Origin: Lophium mytilinum
Taxonomy: Eukaryota
Reading direction: 5' to 3'
Assembly (NCBI GenBank): GCA_010093605.1
Contig: MU004182.1
Coordinates: 2,821,229 to 2,841,228, forward strand
DNA: 20,000 nucleotides
The position numbers were made by a program, and so were the translations under genes. Under the pieces are notes generated by a model. That model was not told the origin of the DNA, ran no database searches, and saw nothing but the letters and a program-made list of their open reading frames with translations. Shown piece by piece: positions 11,006 through 20,000 of the stretch; within the stretch, counting starts at the first letter, position 1, and every line of letters starts with the position of its first letter.

Positions 11006-13629
11006 AACTTATTAAAATAGATAGCTTTATTATTATCTTAGTCTTAGTTATACTTATATTTATACTTATACTAGCACTCCTAATTACTACTATAGTTAAA
11101 TGCATTAAGTTTAATACTATTAATGCTAGCGGTAGTAAGGCGCTTATTACGCTAAGCCTCTAATATAGTCTTTCTAGCTATAGCGCATTTAGAGTTGCTA
11201 GCATAGTAGTTCTTCTTAAAGTAGCTAAAGTAATATTCTTTCTTACTAAGATGTAAGCAAATATATAGTAGGACGCTTAGTAATAAGACTATAGTAGTCT
11301 TTTTAACTATAATACAGTTATTAGTCTTAGTAATAGACTACTCTTATTAGACGCAGTTTAAATTATAATAGCTGTTCTACGCATATACATTATTAAGGCG
11401 GCGTGCTAAAATCTATGCAGTAAGAAGTTTTTTATTAGCTTATTTTTCGCGTTAAATATAATAATAGTCCTTATATAGAATATTATCTTTTATCTAGTAC
11501 TAGGTTAATAATCTAAAGTTAATATATTTAGCGAAATCTATGCGTAGTGTTTTCTTAAGGTAATAGTATTAAGTTGCAAGGCTGTTATTAATTTTACTGT
11601 ACTTAAGCCCGTTAAGAACTATATTAAGGCGTTATAGAAAGTTAGATATCTTTTTATTATATTACTATTTTATGCCCTTACTATTAAGCTAGTTAAGAAG
11701 GTAATTATAATAAACTACGTTACTCTTTTAGAATATAGCGTCTAGGTCTTAGATAAGTTCCTTAAGTAATTAGTACGGGTTAGTAGATATAAGAAAACTA
11801 TAGTCTTCTATAACCTTATATGCACGCCCCTTATAGTAGCTAACAGCAAGCTAAATTTAGGTTATAGTTATAGGGTAAGTCTATTAGTCTACTTAGACTA
11901 AGTAGATTAGGTAGTTCTTCTATACTATATATACTATAGCCCCTAATTTAAAATTCTATAGGTATATATACTTAGGGCGAGGGCCTTATTATTATCTATA
12001 TTAAGGATAGATAGGTCTAAATACCTATAGCTAAGTAAAACCGCCTAGTTAGCTTAGGTTTAGGTTATCTCTACCTCTACCTCCTATATTAGTAAAGTAT
12101 TAGCCTAGAATGCAATTATATTAGAAGTTATCTAGGTTAATAGTATATAGTCCTACTAGTGGCAAAGAAGAGGCATTATTAGTAGAGTTATAATTAGTAG
12201 GCTATTTATTAGGTTATTCTACTAATATCTTCTACTAGAGTTAAGCTTTAAGCTAGGTAATTTATATTAAGGCTTATTAGTATTTAGCTTCTAGATTATT
12301 AAGCTAGAGGGTTTAGGCTTAGAAGTTAGCGTGCTTTTTATTATATAGATAACGGACGCGGGCTAACTCTATTTATTTAGACTTAAGTTTATAGTTAAGA
12401 GTATAGACTTATATCTAGAGCTTAGTAAGTTTACTATTAGTAAGTAAATATTTCTTATTTAGCTCTTTAACGGTAGTATTAGCTATATCCTATTCTTAGG
12501 TGGCGATATTTATCCTATACTTATAGTTATTACTATCTTAGTAAGCTAGTATAATGCAGTTCTACTATTATTCTAGTATAAGTTAAATGTCTTTAATAAG
12601 GTCTTATAGACCTTATAGTTTATATTATTAGTAGACGCCTTCTCTATAGCGCATCTTAAAGATAGAGCCGTTAGCGCGCTATATAATTATAAGATATAAC
12701 CGCTAATAGTTCTCTACGCATATTATAGTATAGTGCCTACTACTCTATTCTATGCCCGCTACTTACTAGGCTAGGTTAGAAGTATTAAGTCTAGTAATAG
12801 ATTTAATATAGGTAGATTAGTATTATAATAGAGATATATTAGGTAAGGAAATACTATAAATAGGTAGTATTCTTAGATATTTAGAGTTGCGGGACTAATA
12901 TAGCTTAGAAACGGTATTATAGTACGCCGTGGCGTTAGAAGTATTAATAGTAACGCCTTAGTAAGCGGTTTTAAGCTTATTAACTTTATTATCCGCGTTA
13001 TTACTAAACTAATATTCCTTCTCTTAACGGTCGTGTTTATCGGCTAAATTAAAGTTAGAGGAGGAGTCCTTATTATAAGTAGTAGTTATATTATTAAGGC
13101 CGGCAGTTATATTATTAAGGCCTGCTATTATATTCTTAAGTTCTTTAGATAAATTAAAGTTGCCTAGTATATAGCTACTAACGCAGGAAAGCGGAAGTAT
13201 AGTCTTCTCTATAGTTAGAGAAGCTAGACTAACTAGTAGAGGCTTGCCTATAGTACTAAACTTATTCTAATAATATTAGAGGTTAGCTAGTATTACTAGA
13301 GGGACTAGTCTAATAGATAGAGCTAATTAAGAAGTAGTAGCTAATATCTGCGACTAGAATTAAGTTACTTAAAAGGGTAGATTTGCTAGCTAAATAAAAG
13401 AAGGCTGCAGGCCGTAATTAATCTATATTATATTATTATTATTATCTTCTATAAGAAGGTGCTATAGGTTTAGGGCGCCTTCTTAATATAATATAATGCG
13501 GCGGGGGTTAATAGAAATACTATTAGCGTTACTAAATAGGCGTCTAGTAGTAGAGCGTCTACTAGAGACAGAGTTACTAAACTATAGAGCTTTAGCGCGG
13601 TTAAAAGTATAGCGGTTAGGGTTAGCTAT
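10993..13629 (-). pseudogene. gag: Gypsy gag (~878 codons), many RIP stops
   Basis: Zinc knuckle YFSYFKKNYYASNSKC (=CFGCFEKNHHAGDSEC) near 11185-11235 and a capsid-like segment at 11650-11990. Ends LENA* at 10993. The putative RIPed start (ATA=ATG) at 13629 is in the same frame as the capsid segment, the knuckle and the stop. Confidence 0.7.
10999..11005 (-). promoter_or_regulatory. Putative -1 ribosomal frameshift site between gag and pol
   Basis: AGAAAAC (possibly GGAAAAC originally) one codon before the gag stop; the pol frame is -1 relative to gag by coordinate arithmetic. Confidence 0.6.
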
Positions 13630-13843
13630 ATAAAAAGGTAGAAAAAGTTAATATAGAAGAAAGAAAACTTAAAGAGGCGAGGTATTAAATTTATGTGCAA
13701 GAACCTATTAAATTTAGATTATTTACTACGCGCTCTTAAAGGCGTAGAAGGTTTAAGAGGGTAGTACTAGTAGCACTAGTTACGCCTAGCTGCGGAACTG
13801 CCTAGGGGGTTATAGTAAATAATAAGTTTAGTATTTATAAGGT

Positions 13844-13912
13844 ATAGGTAGTATATAGAAAATAGGTAGTATATAGAAAATAGGTAGTATATAGAAAATA
13901 GGTAGTATATAG
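13844..13912. repeat. 18-bp perfect tandem repeat x3.8 (ATAGGTAGTATATAGAAA)
   Basis: Units start at 13844, 13862, 13880 and 13898. Confidence 0.92.
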
Positions 13913-13950
13913 GTACTTATTCTATAATACTAGGTATATACTTAGGCTTA

Positions 13951-14084
13951 CTATTATTAATACTAAGCTTTCCGGGCGTTAGTCTCTATATAGTAATAGT
14001 AATTAATTAGTAACGCTAGGCGCGCGCACACGCTATTATTAATACTAAGCTTTCCGGGCATTAGTCTCTATATAGTAATAGTAA
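13951..14084. repeat. 52-bp direct repeat pair with a 30-bp spacer
   Basis: 13951-14002 and 14033-14084 (CTATTATTAATACTAAGCTTTCCGGGC[G/A]TTAGTCTCTATATAGTAATAGTAA), one mismatch. Confidence 0.92.
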
Positions 14085-14329
14085 AGTAGATAGAAGAAAA
14101 AGTTATAGAGCTATTAAAGTAATAGATAAGAATTTATAAGGACTTTCTAGGGTACTACTACTACCCCTCTATTATAGGGGCTTATTATAAGCGCTGCTAT
14201 AGTTATAAGGTCTACTATCTAGCTTTATATATAATAGCTGGATTACTTTATTAGGGGCCCGCGGCGCTGCTAATGGGTATACACAATACTACTGCCACTA
14301 GTAATAATACTATTAATGGTAGTAATACT

Positions 14330-15480
14330 AGTAGTAATAGAAATAATAGAATTTAATAGTAATTACTAGCTAATATTAAATATACTAATAAAACTAAGCT
14401 ATACTAAGCTAAAACTAGTAAAATTAGCTTATTTTATATAGCTACTAGCTTAGTAATATATATAAATAGTAGAAAAGTTAATAGTAATAATAAGCTAATA
14501 CTAAGCTTACTAATAAAACTATACTATAATAAGTAACTACTAGTAGTAATACTTAGAAAAAGAAAAAGATTAACTAGTAGTAATACTAGTAGTAATAGAA
14601 AAGTAAATAGTAGTAATAGAAAAGTAAATAGTAGTAATAGAAAAGTAAATAGTAGTAATAGAAATAATAAGATTTAATAGTAATAAGAAGTTATTATTAA
14701 GTATACTAATAAACCTAGGCTATATTAAGTTATAACTACTAGAAATAGTTTATTTTATATAGCTACTAGCATAGTAATAGTACTAAATAATAATAAAAGT
14801 ACTTAGTAGTAGAAAAATTAAACGGTAGTAATAGAAATACTAGGATATAATAATAATTACTAGCTAATATTATATATACTAGTAAAACTAAGCTATAATA
14901 AGTAGTAACTAGTATAATAAGCTTATAATATATAGATACTAGCTTAGTAATATACCTAAATAGTAAAAAAAGTACTAAATAATAGAAAAAGTAACTAGTA
15001 GTAATACTGGTAGTAATAGATATAATAAGATATACTTACTAATACTAACTATTACTAAGCTTACTAGTAGTACTAAGCCATAATAAGTTATAACTAGTAG
15101 ATTTATCTTATAATATATAGCTACTAGCCTAATAATAATACTAAATAGTAATAAAATAGAAAATAGTAGTAAAAGTAACTAGTAGTAATAGAAATAATAA
15201 GATATACTTATAAATACTAACTAATACTAAGTCTAATAGTAAGACTAATCTATAGAAAGTAATAAATAGTAGAGTTTAGCTATAATATATAGCTATTTAC
15301 TTAGTAGTAATACTTAATATAAATAGAAGTAAAAGTAACTAGTAGTAATATAAATAATAAAATATACTTATACTATATACCTAATACTAAGTCTACTAGT
15401 AATACTTACCTATACTAAGTAGTAGTAGAATAATTTTATAATATAAAGCTAGTAGTAAGAAATAATAATAAAATATAGAT
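14330..15480. repeat. Degenerate tandem array of ~160-185-bp units (6 clear units plus 1 partial)
   Basis: Units start (A/G)GTAGTAATAGAAATAATAAGA-like at 14330, 14651, 14824, 15009, 15181 and 15341. Each carries ACTAAG/CTATA blocks and a TATATAGCTACTAGC-like block. Confidence 0.85.
14588..14664. repeat. 21-bp perfect tandem repeat x3.7 (AGTAGTAATAGAAAAGTAAAT) nested in the large array
   Basis: Units start at 14588, 14609, 14630 and 14651 (partial). Confidence 0.9.
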
Positions 15481-15831
15481 ATATAATATAAATAACTACT
15501 TAGTAATAATATTAGTCTATATTTTAACTATTAATAGCTTATATCTTATTAATTAGCGCCTCTAAGTAAAATATATATACTAGATATAAAGTTAATAGTA
15601 CTCTAAACTCTAAAAATATATAGTTAGTAGTTAGTAAATAGAAATAGAATATATAAGTATAATAGCTTAAATTAAAAATCTATTTAAACTATATACTAGT
15701 TTTTTTTTCTTTCTTATAAAAACTTCTAGAAAAGTACTCTCTAACGCCTTAATAGTAATATAACCCTAAACTAAACCTTTAACTATATAGAATAAACTCT
15801 AATACTAAGTAGTTTTTAGAACTACTATATA

Positions 15832-18800
15832 TTAAACCTTTATCTTACTATAAATATAGTCTAGATTTAATTCTAGTATTAAATCTAAGCCTCTAATATA
15901 AGAAGTATCTTCTTTAATAGTAAAGATAGTTCTAGTAAAGTCTTCTACTAAGTAGTAAGTATCTTTATTACCTTCTAATAACTTAAAGCTATATAAATCT
16001 CTACCTTCTAGATTTCTAGCTAAATAAGTAGCTAATAGAATAATATCTTTATATATGCATATAATAGGCTCTATTCTATTAGCTAGGCATACTTCTAAAG
16101 GTAGGAAGCATTCTAAGCAGGTATTAGTATTATTTAATAAGCCTAAGTTAGATATTTCTTCTTTAATAGGTAGAATAGCTTTAAATATTAGTTTACTTTT
16201 AGAATTAGGGCAGTTATATATACTATGCCATTTATAATTACTATCTCTATTATTAAAGCAGTAAAAGCAGATTTCTTTTAAAGTATCTAGCCGTTCTAAT
16301 ATACTAATAATATAGCTATTATCTTCTTCTTTTTCTAGTTCTTCTAAGAATAAAAGCTTAGAACTAGACTTAGATTTAGTAGTAATATTCTCTTCTTCTT
16401 CTCTTTCTATATCTTCTAGAAAGCCTAGCTTTTTAGTAGGGCTAGTTAAAGTAGTACTAGTATTTTTTTTAGCTTTAGTATTAATAGAAAGCTTACTAGA
16501 ATAAGTATTAGGTACTCTACTAGTATTAGATAAGATAAACTCTTTATCTTTTCTAATAATACTACTAGGATAAGTATTAGGTACTATACTACTACTAGGT
16601 AATATAGTATCTTTATTTCTTTTAGTAATACTAGAAGAATAAGTATTAGATACTCTAGTAGAAGTAGGGCTATTACTAGGTAATATAGGTAGATTATTAC
16701 TAGAAGTAGAAGAAGAGTTATTAGAACTTATTTCTATATACTTTTTATCTTTACTTTTAAGTATATTTCTAGTAGTTCTACTAATAGATATATTATTACT
16801 AGAAGAAGAATCTTTTCTAGCTTTATCTTTAGATTTACTTTTCTTTTTTAAACTAGTAGGTATATTAATACTAGTATTATTAGAAGAACTATCTTCTATT
16901 TCTATATTTTTAAGCTTAGCTTTCTTAGTTATAGTAGAACTAGTAGGATTATTTATACTAGATTTCTGCCGTCTATGCTTTCTACTAGAGCTACTAGCTA
17001 TAGAATTAGTATTTTTATCTACTAGCTTAATAGGAGCTAAACTAGAAATAAAAGTAATATTAAAAGGGTTACCTTCTAGCTCTATTAGATTAAAGTAAGT
17101 TAAAAATCTAATACTAGCTAAAAAGAACTCTTCTTCTAAAGGCTTAGTAGTATTTCTAGCTAAGCTAAAAGGGCGGCCGTAGTTTCTATTACTAGTAATA
17201 GTATTTCTATTAGCTTATATATCTTCTATAGTAATAGTATCTTTAAAAGTATCTTTATTAATAGTTTTAGTACCTATTTTATACTTTAAAATATAATCTA
17301 TTAACTGCCTATAGTTACTAATATTAATTCCTACTTTAAAGAAGTTCTTAGTTTCTTTAACTAGTAGATTAGAGATAGAACTAGATTTAATAATACTATT
17401 ATTATACTCTAGTAAATAAGGACTAATAGTAGTAATTCCTAAGGCTTTAATAGATAGAAAGTTATAAAAAGGTAGTACTACTAGTAGATATAGCTTAAGT
17501 ATATTACTTAGCTTAGGCCCGAAGTATCTAGTACTTTTAGAACCTATATTAGTAGTATTTTGCATTTTATGCCACCTACTATTAAGTCTTATTAATCCTA
17601 ATCTAGGTTCTATAGTTAAGTCTCTTAAACCGGTTTCTATAGTATTTTTATAAGTAATTAATACTACTTCTTCTCCTCTTAAAGGGGAACCGCTAGTTAA
17701 ATAAATAGCTAGTGCTAAATACTCTATAAATCTTTTTCTAGCTTTTAGAAAAGTAGTAGTATTTTTAGTATTAAAAGTATACTCTAAAGTAGAACTTATA
17801 TCTTTAATATACTTCTTACTAAAAAAAGTTTCTCTATCTAGTACTTTATCTTCTAAAAGAGTAGTATATTTACTTAGATTATAATAAGAGCTAGTTTCTA
17901 TATAGTCTATAAAGTAATAGTCTTTTTTACTTTCTAAAGGTATATCTTTAAGAGAGTTAAAATCTATATTATATTCTCTTTTATTAATATCTACTAGTAG
18001 TTCTTTATAGAGTATATCCTCTAGAATATTTAAAATATACTTAAAGAACTTAGGTAGCTTAGTAATATTAAGAGTTTTATTATCTATAGCTATATTATCT
18101 TTATCTATTTCTACTATTTTACTATTAGTAGTATGCATAATAGATAGCTTTTTAATAAGTTTTCTATAGTATAAAATCTCTACAAAGCAATTTCTAGATT
18201 TAGTCTCTAATAGCTTAGACTTATTCTTATAGAATTCTACTTCTAAATTAAAGTTTCTACTTTTAGAATTATTATATATATCTTTTAAGAATAAAAGTCT
18301 AAAAGTATAAATTAAGTAGCTAGTATATTGCTGTATATTATCTTCTTTCTTAAATAGCTTAGTAGTAGAATCTATACTACTTAGAATAAGAAAAGTTATA
18401 ATAGGGCTATTAAATAAACTATTTTCTTCTAAAGAATGCTGCTTAATATCTTGCGCTAGAAGATTAATAGCTAGTAGTACTATAATATCCTCTATAATAA
18501 AGGTATCTTCTTCTTTTTCTATTAAGTCTATAATAGTTTTAATATTATTTACTACTCCTTTACTTAAGATAGGTTGTATATCTAAAGTATTATTAGAACT
18601 AGTATCTCTTACTAAATATAAGTATACTATATAAGTAATAAGATTAGTAAAATAGCTATAATAACGTCTTTTACTATTAGGCTGTAGTACTTTAAATTTA
18701 TTAAGAGATTTTTCTTTAGAGTCTTTATTTTCTACTACTAAGTCTAATAGAAATAAACTACTAAACTTTTCTATAATAGGTTCGCACTCTATTAAAGCTA

Positions 18801-19788
18801 GTATAGTAACTTTATATACTTCTAAAAGAAGCTTAATAGTAGAATTATTATTAGGGTTATTCTTATTAGGTTTTTCTACTAAAGGTAAATATAGAGTAAG
18901 ATCTTTATTCTCTATATATTTATTAAACTTAGTCTTCTCTAAGAATAAAGATATATTCTTAGAACTTAAGTTTTCTTTAATAGTACTATTAAGAATAAGA
19001 ATCTTTTCTTTTCTATAAAGATTAGCTAAGCTAGTTAAACTATCTTTATTATTACTAGTAGGTTTATTATTAATATCTTTAATAGCAAACCACTTAATAT
19101 ATCTAGGGCTAGTAAAGAAGGTTTGTAAAATATAGTTCTCTTTATAATAAGGCTTAAAGAAGGTAGTTCTACTAGCACTACTATCTCCTTTTAAATTATG
19201 TATAGTACTAAAGTGGGTTCTAAGAACTTTATAACTAGGCGTTGCAAAACTATTACATTTAAGGCAGATATAACCTAGAGTCTCTTCTAAGTCTTTAAAC
19301 CTATATTTATAGAAAGTAGGTATAGTAGGTTTACTATAATCTATAGTAATATCTAAGTCTTTAATACTATTAAGTAGTTCTTTTAATAAAGGGTCTAAAA
19401 TAGCTTTACTAAGAGTATTACTATCTTTACTACTATCTTTTAAAGTATTACTATATAGCTTTTTAAAGTGGCTAGTAATACTAGTAGAATCTTTAAAAAA
19501 TATAGCTACTTTACAGGTTTTACATATAATAATCTTAAAGTCCTTACTATAAATAAAGTTATTAGGTAATTCTAACACTTTAGTATACTTAGAACTACTA
19601 GTAATAGAATTACTAGTATTATTAGAACTAGTACTAGAACTAGAACTATCTTCTATAGAATCTTTATTAGCTTTCTTAGAAGTAGTAGAAGAGCAAATAA
19701 TAATAGGGTTATAGCTACTATTAAAACTAGAACTAGAACTAGTAAGAGAAGAAATACTAGTAGTAGATAACTCTATAGGAAACAACAT
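15832..19788 (-). pseudogene. C2H2/DUF3505(OrsD)-like zinc finger + tyrosine-recombinase-like + Cys-rich C-terminal protein (TLH-related, no helicase domain), ~1318 codons with a single internal TAA at 17215-17217
   Basis: The 857-aa ORF continues in the same frame past the TAA for ~460 codons to TAA at 15832. Motifs are IICKTCKVAI..SHFKKL(Y), CLKC..THFSTIH, LTSGSPLRGEE, RWHK, SNYRQ, EDI*ANRNT..RNYGR, FFLASIRFLTYF, CFYC..WHSIYNC and CLECFLPLEVC..CIYKDII. Confidence 0.8.
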
Positions 19789-20000
19789 TTTTTATAAATT
19801 TAATAGCTTTAAAACTTTAGGTAGTATTATAGCTTTTAATAAGTAGATAAATAAGTAAAATAGAGCGCGCTATAAAACTAGTTAGTAAAAAGAGTTAAGT
19901 AAGAAGAATAAGAAATTATAGAAATACTTTACTAAAAAGATAACTTATATTTTTTTAAGAGTTTATTAGATCTATAAATAGGTTAGTAGATATAATATAA

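Larger units (their letters stand above)
5800..14240 (-). mobile_element. RIP-inactivated Ty3/Gypsy LTR retrotransposon (chromovirus); 5' LTR not in window; right boundary approximate
   Basis: Domain order gag-PR-RT-RH-IN-chromodomain, then PPT and LTR, is recognisable after reversing RIP changes. Confidence 0.93.
3630..20000. other. RIP-type AT-rich repeat compartment (likely heterochromatic)
   Basis: Abrupt change near 3630 to TpA-rich DNA almost lacking CpA/TpG. Transposon proteins show systematic D>N, E>K, G>S, C>Y, H>Y, Q>stop and W>stop changes expected from C>T/G>A hypermutation. Confidence 0.95.

Noticed and set aside
13614..13625. GTTAGGGTTAG telomere-like motif
   Set aside because: Fewer than two units, and it lies in the putative gag N-terminal codons (ANPNR).
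13951..15480. CRISPR-like repeat-spacer array
   Set aside because: Eukaryotic context, no cas genes, only two 52-mers, and the larger units are homologous along their length with no unique spacers.
16055..16237. 60-aa plus-strand ORF
   Set aside because: Antisense to the Cys-rich C-terminus of the long minus-strand frame.
15832..19788. Starship captain (DUF3435) or full RecQ helicase
   Set aside because: The motif pattern fits the DUF3505/TLH N-terminal type instead, and no Walker A or DEAH box is found in the frame. An HMM search is needed to exclude these formally.
3630..20000. Mitochondrial insertion or alternative genetic code explaining the AT richness
   Set aside because: CpA/TpG depletion and systematic transition changes in recognisable transposon proteins point to RIP; no mitochondrial genes are seen.

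Overview
Fungal (filamentous ascomycete) genomic window with a sharp two-compartment structure. Bases 1-~3630 are ordinary genic DNA: the 3' part of a class I terpene (probably sesquiterpene) synthase (+) convergent with a GMC oxidoreductase (-). From ~3630 to the end the DNA is very AT-rich, TpA-rich and CpA/TpG-poor, the signature of repeat-induced point mutation (RIP). It holds an apparently nested stack of minus-strand elements. First is a dead Mutator-like (MULE) transposase, cut at its CxWH motif. Second is a dead but frame-consistent Ty3/Gypsy chromovirus whose 5' LTR is missing. Third is a ~170-bp tandem array followed by a ~1318-codon reading frame (15832-19788) with only ONE stop codon. 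That frame encodes N-terminal C2H2/DUF3505(OrsD)-like zinc fingers, a tyrosine-recombinase-like domain, a low-complexity linker and a Cys-rich C-terminus. This resembles fungal telomere-linked RecQ helicase (TLH) genes but with no helicase domain. Its codon usage looks purged of RIP targets, so it is the best candidate for a poorly described, RIP-adapted tyrosine-recombinase mobile element. All domain calls come from manual translation and motif recognition, not database searches.
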